A stretch of 64,000 bases of DNA, from contig JAVJNR010000002.1 of NCBI GenBank assembly GCA_040217195.1, positions 1 to 64,000 on the forward strand, written 5' to 3'. The position numbers were made by a program, and so were the translations under genes. Below the pieces are notes generated by a model that was not told where the DNA came from, made no database searches, and saw only the letters and a program-made list of their open reading frames with translations. Each line of letters opens with the position of its first letter. The stretch's first letter is position 1. Positions 21,443 to 32,198 of the stretch are shown piece after piece. This DNA comes from Leptospiraceae bacterium. Lineage in GTDB: Bacteria; Spirochaetota; Leptospiria; Leptospirales; Leptonemataceae.

Positions 21443-22705
21443 ATGAAGATTGCACTAATCGGATCTGGCGGACGCGAACATGCCATCTATTGGAAACTGA
21501 TTCAAAGCCCGGATACGGAAGTCCATGTTCTGCCTGGAAATGCGGGCATTCCGCAAGAACACCGAATAAAAGATGCTTATAAAGGAAGCGATTTTTCTGC
21601 ACTGCGAAAGTATCTGCTGGATCACTCTTATGACCTGGTTGTGGTGGGTCCCGAACAACCGCTTGTGGATGGAATTAGCGATGCATTGTCAGATTCTATC
21701 CCTGTGTTTGGTCCAGATAAACAGGCAGCTCGCATAGAAGGTTCCAAGGAATGGGCCAAATCCTTCATGGAGAAATATAGAATTCCTACTGCCAGATCAT
21801 TCAGCTGCAATTCTGTGGAAGAAGCCTATGAAGCCCTGGATCAAATGCCGGCTCCTTATGTAGTGAAAGCAGATGGCCTGGCCGCCGGGAAAGGAGTAAC
21901 CGTTACCGAGAGCATCAAGGAAGCCAGGCATGCAGTACAGGATTGCCTGGAGAAAAAGGTATTCGGTGATTCGGGATCTACTGTGATCATCGAACAGTTT
22001 CTGAAAGGAAAGGAAGCTTCAGTCTTTGCACTTTGCGATGGCAAAAAAGCTGTGCCATTTCAGCCGGCCAGGGATCATAAACGGGCCCGGGACGGAGATG
22101 AGGGTTCGAATACCGGAGGTATGGGAGCGGTAACTCCTGTGGAATACATCGATGCGAATCTGTTGAACAAGATCCAGAGCGAAGTACTGGATCGGGCCAT
22201 TCAAGGATTTGCAGCGGAAGGAAGCCCCTATCGCGGACTGCTCTATGCAGGACTAATGATAGATGGCGACAAAGTTAATGTTGTAGAATTTAACTGCCGA
22301 TTCGGGGACCCGGAAACTCAGGCACTGCTACCAATGCTGGACGAAGACCTGACTCAGTTAATGATGCAATGCGCCCAGGGCGATCTAAGAACGGATTTTT
22401 TGCGGTTTAGAGAGCTGGCCAGCATCATAGTGGTAGTCGCCGCCGAAGGTTATCCGGGAAGCTATGCGAAAGGCATCGATATGACAGATCTTCTTGGACT
22501 GGCTCCTCAGAATCCAGAAACTCTATTATTTCATGCTGGCACTGAAATGGATGGCGACAGAATCAGTAGCACCGGCGGTCGAATTGCTGGAATCGTCAGC
22601 TCCGGGATTACTATTGAGGATGCCAGGAAAGAGGCCTACAGTTATCTGAAAGACCATCCCATCAATAACACATTCTATCGCACAGACATTGGATCTCTGC
22701 CCTGA
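21443..22705 (+). CDS. purD: Phosphoribosylamine--glycine ligase
   Basis: GSGGREHA, VKADGLAAGKGV, NTGGMGA, EFNCRFGDPETQ, FHAGT. Confidence 0.97.
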   Translation: MKIALIGSGGREHAIYWKLIQSPDTEVHVLPGNAGIPQEHRIKDAYKGSDFSALRKYLLDHSYDLVVVGPEQPLVDGISDALSDSIPVFGPDKQAARIEGSKEWAKSFMEKYRIPTARSFSCNSVEEAYEALDQMPAPYVVKADGLAAGKGVTVTESIKEARHAVQDCLEKKVFGDSGSTVIIEQFLKGKEASVFALCDGKKAVPFQPARDHKRARDGDEGSNTGGMGAVTPVEYIDANLLNKIQSEVLDRAIQGFAAEGSPYRGLLYAGLMIDGDKVNVVEFNCRFGDPETQALLPMLDEDLTQLMMQCAQGDLRTDFLRFRELASIIVVVAAEGYPGSYAKGIDMTDLLGLAPQNPETLLFHAGTEMDGDRISSTGGRIAGIVSSGITIEDARKEAYSYLKDHPINNTFYRTDIGSLP

Positions 22706-22713
22706 GAACTTGC

Positions 22714-24477
22714 TTATTGAAGAAATAAGAATAGGCCCAGAACTACAAATACAAACAAGATGAAGCCCATAGCGGTACCCATTGCCGGGCTATAAGTGGA
22801 GGAATTATGATCATCCGATGCGAATGGATTCAGCCATTTCATCGGATTTACGAATCCTCGACTCAATGCAGCAGCCAGATCCGCTACTGCATCGGCAAAC
22901 CAACCATAAATGCCGCCTATAACGAACAATACCGAGTTGGCCAACCAGAGCAGTGGTTTGCGATAAAACCAGTCCGCATCAAGGGTAATGGATGATCGCT
23001 CCGAAAGCCAGCTCTTCAGCACCCAGAAAATAGCCAGAGACAATACCAGAAGCTGAGCCGTTTCTACAAAATGATAGAGAGTAAAGGGATTATAACTGGA
23101 AGCGAAAGGCAATTGATCGTATAGGGCAAAAGGATAGACTCCGAAGAAAATACAAAGTCCAGCACCAATAAACATGGCCACCATCATATTGGCCGGTATT
23201 CGTTTCACTTCCACGTTCGCACTGTTTCTTCTGTCGCGATCGGAAACGGTTACATCCTGCACCTCCATGGGCGGTGCAATCCAGGTAAAATATGGAAGCT
23301 TTAGACCGGTATGCAAAAAAGAACCAATGGAAGCCACCATTAGAAGCAGCATAGACCATTCGTAATGAGCCTCTCCAGCAGCACTGATAATCATGGATTT
23401 ACTGATGAAGCCGTTGAATAGAGGAATACCGGAAATGGAGGCCCCTCCCACCATATATAGAATAAAAACCAATTTCATCCGAGAAGCCAGGCCACCCAGT
23501 TCCGAAAGCCTGCTTCTTCCGGTGGCATAGATCACCGCACCTGCAGCCATGAATAACAAGGACTTGTACAGAATATGACTGAATGCATGGGTGGCAGCAC
23601 CGTTGATGGACATTTCTGTACCGATGCCCACTGCAGTAACCATGTAGCCGAGCTGACTGATGATACTGAAAGCCAGGATCTCACGGATGTCATCGGCCAT
23701 CAAGGCGAAGATGGCACCGTACAGGGCCATAATCACTCCTACCCAGATCAGAATTTCCCATCCAGGGTACAACCGAATAAGAACATACATGGCCGACTTG
23801 GTGGTCAGTGCGCTCATGAATACGGCTCCGGTTACTGTAGCCCGGGGGTAGGCATCGGAAAGCCAGGCATGCAATGGAGGGACAGCCGCATTCAAAGATA
23901 CGCCCAGCAGAATCAGAATCGAAGAAATGCCTGCTTTGTAAGGAAATGACTCCAGGGCAATACTACCTGTATTTTCCAGATGAAAGAGGATTCCTGTGAA
24001 CAGCAAGCCTCCACCCAGAAAATGCATCATCAGATATCGCATGCCCGCACGATCCGAATCCTCGGTACGATTGGCCCAGATCAAATAAGTGGAGCTAACC
24101 GCCATCAGTTCCCAGAAAATGAACAAGGAAAAATAGTCCCCGGCCAGGGTAACTCCCACTGCGCCGGCTGTATAAAGCAATGCATTGATCTGCTGGATGC
24201 GATCCTGGATATGCAGCGCATAGACCCCGCCCACAACTCCAACGAGTGTAAAAATCGTTACGAATACTCGACTCAGGGCATCCACTTTAAGTGGAATCAA
24301 TTCGTAGGTGGCAAAAGCCATTCGAATGGTATGGCCTTCCGGATAACTCCAGAGAGAGATTAGAGCAGCCGCGGGAAAAAACAAAAATGCGATGCCTCTG
24401 GCTTTTGAGGGCAGAATGGCCACAACCAGGGCCCCAAGCAAGAGCGGTACAGCGGGTATCTGGAAAAACTCAATCAT
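22714..24477 (-). CDS. Mrp antiporter large subunit (MrpA/D-like, third copy)
   Basis: FWELMAVSS, PLHAWLSDAYP, AHAFSHILYKSLLF-type motif, GFISKS. Confidence 0.88.
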   Translation of the reverse strand: MIEFFQIPAVPLLLGALVVAILPSKARGIAFLFFPAAALISLWSYPEGHTIRMAFATYELIPLKVDALSRVFVTIFTLVGVVGGVYALHIQDRIQQINALLYTAGAVGVTLAGDYFSLFIFWELMAVSSTYLIWANRTEDSDRAGMRYLMMHFLGGGLLFTGILFHLENTGSIALESFPYKAGISSILILLGVSLNAAVPPLHAWLSDAYPRATVTGAVFMSALTTKSAMYVLIRLYPGWEILIWVGVIMALYGAIFALMADDIREILAFSIISQLGYMVTAVGIGTEMSINGAATHAFSHILYKSLLFMAAGAVIYATGRSRLSELGGLASRMKLVFILYMVGGASISGIPLFNGFISKSMIISAAGEAHYEWSMLLLMVASIGSFLHTGLKLPYFTWIAPPMEVQDVTVSDRDRRNSANVEVKRIPANMMVAMFIGAGLCIFFGVYPFALYDQLPFASSYNPFTLYHFVETAQLLVLSLAIFWVLKSWLSERSSITLDADWFYRKPLLWLANSVLFVIGGIYGWFADAVADLAAALSRGFVNPMKWLNPFASDDHNSSTYSPAMGTAMGFILFVFVVLGLFLFLQ

Positions 24478-24682
24478 CGTAGTAGTCCACATCCTTTTTG
24501 AGTATGCGACCCAGGGCAGCTGCCACAACGATTAACAGAAAGGCCGATGCAGCTCCCCACAAACCATAGAAAACCGGGATATGATTCCACCAGTGGGATC
24601 CATGTTCGCCCAGCATGGTGAACTCCGCCAGGATACTGGCTAACAGAATGAGCCCGGCAACTATCCAGAACATCCATTTCAT
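24470..24682 (-). CDS. Small 2-TM accessory protein of the Mrp cluster
   Basis: WWNHIPVFYGLWG and C-terminal LKKDVDYYD; overlaps both neighbours. Confidence 0.75.
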   Translation of the reverse strand: MKWMFWIVAGLILLASILAEFTMLGEHGSHWWNHIPVFYGLWGAASAFLLIVVAAALGRILKKDVDYYDD

Positions 24683-26166
24683 TGAGTTCCTCCTGCCATT
24701 AGATCAGCTGCCACAGACTGGGCCATGCTGAAAAAACCAAAGAATAGATCCGGGAATAGTCCGAAAAGCAGGGACAATGTAGCTGCACTTACAATAGGAA
24801 CCACCATTAAAGGCGAGGCTTCGCCATATCCATCCAGTCCGTCCGGATCTCCAAAGTAAGCGCGACGAACGATAGGATAAAAGTATCCAAGATTCAATAG
24901 GCCACTTATGACCAGAACAACCAGCGGAATGTAATGCTCTCCCTGCAATGAACCCAGAGCCAGGTACCATTTACTCAGAAAACCGTTAATGGGAGGAACT
25001 CCGGCCAATCCCAGAGCACCGATGGTAAAAGCAGCCATGGTCCAGGGCATAACCTTTGCAATTCCATCCAGCTGACTGATATTGTCTCGATGCAGATTTA
25101 CGTAGATGGCTCCGGCGCTAAAAAACAGAGTAATCTTCATTGTAGCATGGGCGGCTATGTGCATAATCGCACCCTGCATTCCCAATTGAGTGAGCAATGA
25201 AGCGCCCAGCACAATATACGATAGATGACCTACAGTGGAATAGGCCAGCCTTCGTTTTAGATTGTCTTGCTGGAAAGCAAGCAAGGAAGCGATAATGACG
25301 GTGGTTCCGGCCATCACCATCAGGATTTGATTTAGAGCGAATTGCTCCATCATTTCGGGACCCATGACAAAGCCCACTACTCGAATGACTCCAAAGACGC
25401 CGGACTTAACCACAGCTACCGCATGCAAAAGAGAGCTCACCGGAGTGGGTGCAGCCATGGCAGCGGGCAGCCAGGAGTGCAGAGGCATAATGCCCGCTTT
25501 AACTCCTACGGCTCCAAGAAAGAGCAGAAAAATAAATACAACTACGCCAGCTGGCAGATTCGCTTCATTTAGAATTCCACCAGCGCGAAAGTCCAGGGAC
25601 CCAGTATAGGCGTAGACCAGTCCGGTGGCCACTACCAGCATAAGTCCGGCCACAAGGGTGTAGGACAGATATTTTCGTCCGGCTGCAATGGCTTTGGGAG
25701 TTTCTTTATGAACTACAAGCGGGTAGGTGGCCAGAGTGAGTAATTCATAGAATAATAGAAAAGTAAACAGGTTACCTGAAAATGCGATTCCCAGAGTAGC
25801 CGTAAGGCAAAGAGCAAAACTGGCAAAGTACCTGGTTTGATGCTTTTCTCCCGCTCCGCGAACATAGCCAATGGAATAGAACGATGTAAAAATCCACAGC
25901 CCAGATGCAATAATGGCAAAATAAAGGCCAAAGGTATCTGCGCGAAGAACTATGGAGATACCAGCCGCAATTTCGAACAATGTAGTCTGTAAGACGTCTC
26001 CGCTCTGACTGCGGTGCAAAATCAGAAGCACCAGCCCGAATTTCAAAAAGGCTGCCAGAATGGTCCAGAACTCCCGCAAGTTGGGCTTCCTTCCACTGAG
26101 CAGAATAAAGGGCATGGCCAGAGCACCAATACACACGGCCAGCAGGGGTAGATAGGATTCGATCAT
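24679..26166 (-). CDS. Mrp antiporter subunit D-like (second copy)
   Basis: FYELLTLATYPLV, PLHSWLPAAMAAPTPVSSLLHAVAVVK, LKRRLAYST. Confidence 0.9.
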   Translation of the reverse strand: MIESYLPLLAVCIGALAMPFILLSGRKPNLREFWTILAAFLKFGLVLLILHRSQSGDVLQTTLFEIAAGISIVLRADTFGLYFAIIASGLWIFTSFYSIGYVRGAGEKHQTRYFASFALCLTATLGIAFSGNLFTFLLFYELLTLATYPLVVHKETPKAIAAGRKYLSYTLVAGLMLVVATGLVYAYTGSLDFRAGGILNEANLPAGVVVFIFLLFLGAVGVKAGIMPLHSWLPAAMAAPTPVSSLLHAVAVVKSGVFGVIRVVGFVMGPEMMEQFALNQILMVMAGTTVIIASLLAFQQDNLKRRLAYSTVGHLSYIVLGASLLTQLGMQGAIMHIAAHATMKITLFFSAGAIYVNLHRDNISQLDGIAKVMPWTMAAFTIGALGLAGVPPINGFLSKWYLALGSLQGEHYIPLVVLVISGLLNLGYFYPIVRRAYFGDPDGLDGYGEASPLMVVPIVSAATLSLLFGLFPDLFFGFFSMAQSVAADLMAGGTQ

Positions 26167-27677
26167 CGCACTACCCCCTGAATTTCAGCAGGAATAAAAT
26201 CAGAAATATAATCCACCAGAAATACATTACCAAGACCAAGGGCCAGAAGCGAAAGTCCAAGCACCATTGTTGGAATGATCAGGTAGGGACTGTGCTCTCG
26301 TAGAGAAACGGTTTGATTGGCCTGAACCTGTTGATCCTCGGTTTGCCTGGGGTTTTTCAAGTAGACCCTTTCCAGAATGCGAAAAAAGTACACAGCATTT
26401 AGAAGCGAACTAATCAGCAGAATAATCAAGAAGAACCAATTTTCCGTCTCAATGGTTCCGAGCACCAGGTACCATTTGCTGAAGAAGCCGGCCAGAGGCG
26501 GAAGGCCAATCATGGAGATGGCTCCCAGTGTAAAAGCGGCCATACTCCAGGGATACTTCTTCGCATAAGTATGATCCAGTTTGCGCAAATCAGTATGACC
26601 TTCTCTTACTCGCAGATTTCCAGCTACCAGGAAGAGAGTTCCCTTCATTACTGCATGGTTTACTATATGCAGGATGGCTCCCACAAATGCCATGGGGCTG
26701 GCCATTGCAAGACCCAGGACTATGTAACCAATCTGCGAAACCGAACTGTAAGCGAGCATTCGCTTGATTTCGAACTGACCGATGGCCATGATGGAACCGT
26801 AAATGATTCCAGCGGCCGCCAGAAGAGATAATATGATGCTCACAGGCACCACAGCATTCATGCTTTCCAGCCCAAAAACGTAGAGGAGAATTCGAATCAA
26901 TACATAGACGGCCACCTTGGTGCCTATCGGTGCAATCAGTGCTGTGGAGGTGGACGATGCAAAGGTATAGGAATCTGGAAGCCATCCATGCATGGGGAAG
27001 ATCGCTGCTTTAAGACCCATTCCAACGATAATCAGAAGCAACCCGGTAACTATGGCTGGTTGTGTAGCCACCGCGGGCAGGAGACCGGCCATATCCATCA
27101 TGTTCAATGTGCCGGTTACGTTATATAGAAAGCCCAGTCCGAGCAAATAAAAGGAACCGCCCACCGTACCTATGATTAGATAACGAAATGCTGCGAAAGG
27201 CGCTGCTCTTCCACCGATGGCAATCAATGCGTAACCGGATAGAGAAGCGATTTCCAGAAATACAAATAAAGTAAAAAGATCTCCAGTCAGTACCATCCCA
27301 TTAAAGCCCAACAAAAGCAACATGCAGACGGTATAAAAAGGCATTTGCTTATGCGGAAATTCCGATGGATAGATCTTCCGGGAATGTATTAGCACTACAG
27401 TGGCCATGGTGTTGACCACAGCCAGCATCAAGGCGCTCAGTTTATCATAGACGAATTCAATGCCGATGGGAGGAGGCCAGCCAGCCATAGCATATCGAAT
27501 GGAATCGCCGCCGGCTATATGAATCAGTCCAATTACGGAAAGAGATGTAGCCAGTACCCCGGCAATCACGGCGGCAAGGTAACTCATCTCCTCTTTGATC
27601 AGTGCACTTAGCGGGATGATGAGAGCAAAGGAAAGAAATACCAGCGCTATCAGAATGGGAAGATGAGCTTCGATCAT
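26163..27677 (-). CDS. mrpD: Mrp antiporter subunit D (first copy)
   Basis: GWPPPIGIE, TGDLFTLFVFLEI, KAAIFPMHGWLP, KRMLAYSSVSQIGY. Confidence 0.9.
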   Translation of the reverse strand: MIEAHLPILIALVFLSFALIIPLSALIKEEMSYLAAVIAGVLATSLSVIGLIHIAGGDSIRYAMAGWPPPIGIEFVYDKLSALMLAVVNTMATVVLIHSRKIYPSEFPHKQMPFYTVCMLLLLGFNGMVLTGDLFTLFVFLEIASLSGYALIAIGGRAAPFAAFRYLIIGTVGGSFYLLGLGFLYNVTGTLNMMDMAGLLPAVATQPAIVTGLLLIIVGMGLKAAIFPMHGWLPDSYTFASSTSTALIAPIGTKVAVYVLIRILLYVFGLESMNAVVPVSIILSLLAAAGIIYGSIMAIGQFEIKRMLAYSSVSQIGYIVLGLAMASPMAFVGAILHIVNHAVMKGTLFLVAGNLRVREGHTDLRKLDHTYAKKYPWSMAAFTLGAISMIGLPPLAGFFSKWYLVLGTIETENWFFLIILLISSLLNAVYFFRILERVYLKNPRQTEDQQVQANQTVSLREHSPYLIIPTMVLGLSLLALGLGNVFLVDYISDFIPAEIQGVVR

Positions 27678-28042
27678 TGCAGTTTCTTAAGGAGCTCCTG
27701 TTCATCCAATGTGCGATATCGATTCCAGATTGCGATCAATAGAGAAAAAGCTACACCCAGAGTTGCCACGCCCACGACAATGGCCGTAAGCATCAATGTA
27801 TGGGGCAATGGATTGAGGTAGTTTGCAGTCTCAGCCACAGAAATCACCGGATCTTTCACAGGCACAGTGGCGCCGGGTTTATTGGCCAGGGACACCCAGA
27901 AGATGACGATTGCAGATTGCAATATTGTAAGCCCGATGAGCTTTTTTACCAGGCTTCGCTTGATCAGGATTCCATAAAGTCCAATGCAAAGCAACAGAAT
28001 CGTCAGCCAGTAAGAGAAATGACCTACGAAAAACTCAAACAT
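27674..28042 (-). CDS. mrpC: Mrp antiporter subunit C
   Basis: LVKKLIGL and NPLPHTLMLTAIVVG. Confidence 0.9.
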   Translation of the reverse strand: MFEFFVGHFSYWLTILLLCIGLYGILIKRSLVKKLIGLTILQSAIVIFWVSLANKPGATVPVKDPVISVAETANYLNPLPHTLMLTAIVVGVATLGVAFSLLIAIWNRYRTLDEQELLKKLQ

Positions 28043-28475
28043 GATCCTCTCCATAGGTGAGGTTATCATAGATCATAATCAAGATGGCCATCACGGCAAT
28101 CCCAATGCCCACTTCAATGATCAGCATACCCCAGTAACGAAGCATCACCGGTTCAATTCCCGGGTTGGGCAGGTAAGAATAGTCCAGAAAATGGCCGCCC
28201 AAAAACAGAGCCGTAAGACCGGTGGCGAAATAGATGATAACGCCGGTAGCTGCCATGGGAGTGGTGAATACTTTTTGAATCTGCAATCGACCCACTACAT
28301 TTCCGCCTGCTATGCGAACCAGAAGTATTGAGGAGGCCAGCAAGGCTCCACCCTGGAAACCACCACCCGGGCTGTAATGACCATGAAAAATCACATAGAG
28401 ACCAAAAAGCATTATGTAGGGACTGAGCAACCTTGCGCCCAGCAGGATTATTGGGCTGTCCATCTGATTTTTCAT
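28035..28475 (-). CDS. mrpB: Mrp antiporter subunit B
   Basis: HGHYSPGGGFQGG and IEVGIG. Confidence 0.9.
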   Translation of the reverse strand: MKNQMDSPIILLGARLLSPYIMLFGLYVIFHGHYSPGGGFQGGALLASSILLVRIAGGNVVGRLQIQKVFTTPMAATGVIIYFATGLTALFLGGHFLDYSYLPNPGIEPVMLRYWGMLIIEVGIGIAVMAILIMIYDNLTYGEDHV

Positions 28476-28777
28476 TTTCGCCTTCTTCGCAGCAGTAAGA
28501 TAGTGATCAATCCGGCTGTATAGATTACGATCTGCTCTCCCAGAGTATCCAGACTTCGATAGTCGCCCAGAACGACAGTAACCATGTTTGTGGTTTTCGC
28601 ATCTTTGTACGCATTGGCTACGTAGTATTCACCTGGATCTATGTGCTCTGCATCAGTATCCAGATTTCTGGTTTGTTCTCTGCGTTCTTCTGTTTGCCCT
28701 CGTAATGGAAGATCAGAAGCACCGTACATCATCAGTGCGAAAAAAGCAGCGATCACTGTAATCTGTAATGCCTTCAA
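28472..28777 (-). CDS. MrpB-related/MbhE-like small subunit (split MrpA C-terminal part)
   Basis: NMVTVVLGDYRSLDTLGE. Confidence 0.85.
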   Translation of the reverse strand: MKALQITVIAAFFALMMYGASDLPLRGQTEERREQTRNLDTDAEHIDPGEYYVANAYKDAKTTNMVTVVLGDYRSLDTLGEQIVIYTAGLITILLLRRRRK

Positions 28778-29019
28778 TCTATACTCCTGCTAGTTGTTTG
28801 ATAGATTGCCACGATAAAGAGTATACCTGTAACTCCGGCACCTACAACGGCTTCCGTGAATCCCACATCCACAGCTCCCATGGTAATGAATAGCAGGGCT
28901 ATGGAAAAAGAAAATACCGTGAGCATCACAACGGCCACAAGCAGGTTTCTGGACTCCAGGGCCACAATTCCCATGAGAATGATAAATACGTAGAGTATGA
29001 GTTCCAGTTCCCAGATCAT
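28774..29019 (-). CDS. DUF4040/MbhD-like small subunit
   Basis: AVDVGFTEAVVGAG. Confidence 0.85.
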   Translation of the reverse strand: MIWELELILYVFIILMGIVALESRNLLVAVVMLTVFSFSIALLFITMGAVDVGFTEAVVGAGVTGILFIVAIYQTTSRSID

Positions 29020-29095
29020 TGAATTGTCCTGATACTCTTCGGCCCGATCCATGACGTTGCAGAAGCGATTACATTCACTCTTTGCAGTTCTAGAT

Positions 29096-29413
29096 TCATT
29101 TCACTTTCTTCCCGGTGAGAATTGGTTTTACTCCTTTGCGAAATGCGGCCCGGCCCAGGGCATGGGTGCCAATCGGATTGGCAAGAGCTATGAAAATTAC
29201 TACCAGGGCAAGCTTCAGGCTGCTCAAAGTAAAGCCTTCGAATACGATTAAACCAATAATCGCAAGCAACATTCCCAGGGTATCGGATTTACTTACTGCA
29301 TGAGTACGGGAAAAAAAATCCGGCAATCGAACGATTCCCACACTACCCACCAGCATAAAGAATATGCCGGCCACAACAAAGGCTATACTGATTCCGGACT
29401 GAATATCAATCAT
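29096..29413 (-). CDS. mrpG: Mrp antiporter subunit G
   Basis: RLPDFFSRTHA...DTLG and NPIGTHAL. Confidence 0.92.
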   Translation of the reverse strand: MIDIQSGISIAFVVAGIFFMLVGSVGIVRLPDFFSRTHAVSKSDTLGMLLAIIGLIVFEGFTLSSLKLALVVIFIALANPIGTHALGRAAFRKGVKPILTGKKVK

Positions 29414-29681
29414 CTAAGTCTGCCTTTCCGGATGTAAAATATTTGGCTATGATGAGAGATCCCACGAATCCCAGAATAGCATATGCCAGGGTGATATCGA
29501 TAAACATGTCGATTCTGCCATAAAGAAATCCAATCAGACAGATAAGAACAATGGTTTTGGTAGCAATGGCATTGGCACCCACCAGACGATCGTACACAGT
29601 GGGTCCACGGACCACTCGAATCAAAGGTACTGCAATAATCACCGTTAACAGAACAGCGGCGTAGAGAAAAAACTCATTCAT
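29406..29681 (-). CDS. mrpF: Mrp antiporter subunit F
   Basis: RVVRGPTVYDRL and DITLAYAILGF. Confidence 0.92.
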   Translation of the reverse strand: MNEFFLYAAVLLTVIIAVPLIRVVRGPTVYDRLVGANAIATKTIVLICLIGFLYGRIDMFIDITLAYAILGFVGSLIIAKYFTSGKADLDD

Positions 29682-30238
29682 GCCAGCTCCTCCGGCGAGG
29701 AATAGAATCTAACATCATATACAATCGCTTTCTTTTCTTTCGAGAACAGCCGAGCCACTCTGGAGGCCATGCTATCATCCACTACTGAACTCACTGATTT
29801 AGTAGTGAGCGCATGGACTGTGAATTCATTTCCCTGGATATCTATGGTCAGAGTTCCCGGTGTAAGGGTTATGGAGTTTCCCAGGATCATCCTTGCATGA
29901 GCACTGGGCAGATCCGCCTTGAAGCGCACTATATAAGTAGAGATCGGAAGAGATTTCCTAAGGATGACTCCGGCCACATGAAACCCGGAGGCGATAATCT
30001 GCCATACAAGCCACAGGATGTAATAAATCAGATATCCGTATCGGATATTAATAAGGTCATCCATCTCATCCGGATAAAAGCTATGACGACGCAGTGAATG
30101 GTTCACATACATGACGATGATTACGCTCAGGACTCCCATTCCGATATGGATGGGATCATAATGACCGCTCATCACCAGCCAGAAAGCCAGCAATCCGCAG
30201 AAAGAAAGGATGACACTAACGAAAGAGAGCTTCTTCAT
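29678..30238 (-). CDS. mrpE: Mrp antiporter subunit E
   Basis: NSITLTPGTLT and VHAL; start placed at MKKLSF. Confidence 0.92.
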   Translation of the reverse strand: MKKLSFVSVILSFCGLLAFWLVMSGHYDPIHIGMGVLSVIIVMYVNHSLRRHSFYPDEMDDLINIRYGYLIYYILWLVWQIIASGFHVAGVILRKSLPISTYIVRFKADLPSAHARMILGNSITLTPGTLTIDIQGNEFTVHALTTKSVSSVVDDSMASRVARLFSKEKKAIVYDVRFYSSPEELA

Positions 30239-30585
30239 TTTGCAACAAGCTACAACACAGGAGGCTTCCCGGAAACCTGACATGTGCTACAAACGACCGC
30301 CATTAGAAGGCCAATCCGACAACAGTGTCAATACTTTCCTCCACAACCGGGCCGGTACCCGGAATTGATTCCGGCTCGTAGCTCAAAGAATCATTTTCGC
30401 CATCCAGAAGGAGCCCCTTTCCCGGATAAAGGCCCGGCCAGGATCCGGGACTCAAAGAAAAAGAAATCCGCCATCCCAAAATCTCCATTAAACCTCTTGA
30501 CACAACCCGGGGGACATAACATCGTCCGGATTATTCTCCCTCTTCAGGGAGCTTCTGCCGACAGTGTAAGTGGGCAGGTATTCCT

Positions 30586-31440
30586 ATGCATTTTTACCTA
30601 TCGCAGTCACTAGGACAGCTATCCAACAATGAGGTCTTAAGGCTTCAAAAATCACTCAAGGTGATTCTACGCCATGAGAATAAACCCGATCGACTGAAAG
30701 GCACCCTGCTTTCCCTGTATAATAATCTACAGAATGCCCCCGGCCTGAGCCAGGGGTCGTTCCAGAAGCTTCTTATAGCGGGTGGACTGTTATGCACAGA
30801 GGAGATGTCCGAGACAGAAAAGTCTGAGCTGGCCTCCAATCCATTTACGGTATGGCCTAACTCCCATTGCTGCAGTATTGCCGGAGAAGCACTGGAGGCA
30901 TTGAAAAGGGATGACCGGTTCCTGAAGGATGGATATCTGTTTGCCTTTATTTCCAGGCTCACCTCCCGGGAAATCAAAGCCTGGTCCACCTGGCTTTCCA
31001 GAGTACATGATCTGCCTCGAAAACCCTCCAATGCACAGGAGCTGTACAGATATCTTCTTCTAGTCCGAGCCTCTCGCTCCGAGGCTGGCTCCGAAACCGC
31101 TCGGGAATTGTCCGGCAAAGATCTGAAAGCAGTCCTGAGGGATGAATCCGATTCTCCCATGCACTGGTTCTATCGGGACATTCTTCCTTTCTATAGATCC
31201 CTGGATGATCTGGATGCCCGAATGGATAAAGAGGGCCAGTCCTCTGTTAAGCCGGTACTACAGGCTTTTCTTTATGGCGATGTAATCAGCTACGGAGAGA
31301 TTACGGGCTTTGGAGAACCCCTAAAGTATACGATCGTAAAGACCCGGGAAAAAGGTCCTTCCCTGGCTGCTCTGAAAGCGGTGGGTGAAAGAGATTCGAT
31401 AGAAAACAGAACCGGCGAATCCAGTCCATCTCTCTTCTAG
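30586..31440 (+). CDS. Hypothetical protein
   Basis: 284-aa ORF filling the gap; no recognised motif. Confidence 0.6.
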   Translation: MHFYLSQSLGQLSNNEVLRLQKSLKVILRHENKPDRLKGTLLSLYNNLQNAPGLSQGSFQKLLIAGGLLCTEEMSETEKSELASNPFTVWPNSHCCSIAGEALEALKRDDRFLKDGYLFAFISRLTSREIKAWSTWLSRVHDLPRKPSNAQELYRYLLLVRASRSEAGSETARELSGKDLKAVLRDESDSPMHWFYRDILPFYRSLDDLDARMDKEGQSSVKPVLQAFLYGDVISYGEITGFGEPLKYTIVKTREKGPSLAALKAVGERDSIENRTGESSPSLF

Positions 31441-31743
31441 ACTCTCGGCAACCTGAGCAACCACAGAAAGCGAGCCTGGCAGCGAACGTTCAGCTAATGG
31501 GGCTTGAGCAAGACTATATCCATTCCGGAACGTAGAACTCTCTGGAGTTTGACCATCCCTTTACCCGGATCCGGTTTTCAAGGCAGCCTCCCAAATAGGA
31601 CAAATAGGAATAGGTACCATGGCAATGCTCTGACCTGGAATTTCCGGCTTTCGCCGCGGCATTCAAAAATCTGGAAATTCGCACCCCCACAAACAGCGAA
31701 ATCCAGAAACCGCGAATTACACTGCCAAAGATCCGGTTTGGTT

Positions 31744-32142
31744 TTAGCCGGATTTACCGGGCCTTCCGGTGACGAAGATGGAATAGGCTGCCCAGCTCCA
31801 TCCCAGTAAGAAAAGCACTCCGCCGATGGGCGTAATGGCCCCGAGCACTGAAATTCCAGTTAGTACAAGAATGAATAGGCTTCCACTGAAAAAAGCAATG
31901 CCTGCCACAAAGAGCCAGCCGGGCTTGCGCAGATCTGGCCCGCCCATACCTGTAGAAAGACCGCACATCAGAATTCCCAGAGCATGGTACATCATGTACC
32001 TGCATGCAGTTTCATATATGGCTTTGTAACGATCCGAAAGAATGTCGTCCAGGGCATGGGCCCCAAATGCTCCGGCTGCCACGGACAGTCCTGCCAGGAT
32101 GGCTCCCAGCATAGTAAGAATACGAACTTCGGAACTCCTCAT
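31744..32142 (-). CDS. DUF423 (YgdD/TMEM256) family membrane protein
   Basis: GAFGAH, YMMYHALG, FSGSL, GAITPIGG. Confidence 0.92.
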   Translation of the reverse strand: MRSSEVRILTMLGAILAGLSVAAGAFGAHALDDILSDRYKAIYETACRYMMYHALGILMCGLSTGMGGPDLRKPGWLFVAGIAFFSGSLFILVLTGISVLGAITPIGGVLFLLGWSWAAYSIFVTGRPGKSG

Positions 32143-32198
32143 TGAGTCTAAATTCGGTTGCTTTCTGGATACTGTCCAGCAAACAATAGGCAGACCCC

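Noticed and set aside
22714..30238. Membrane-bound hydrogenase (Mbh/Ech) operon
   Set aside because: No NiFe large or small subunits, Fe-S proteins or NuoH-like subunit are present.
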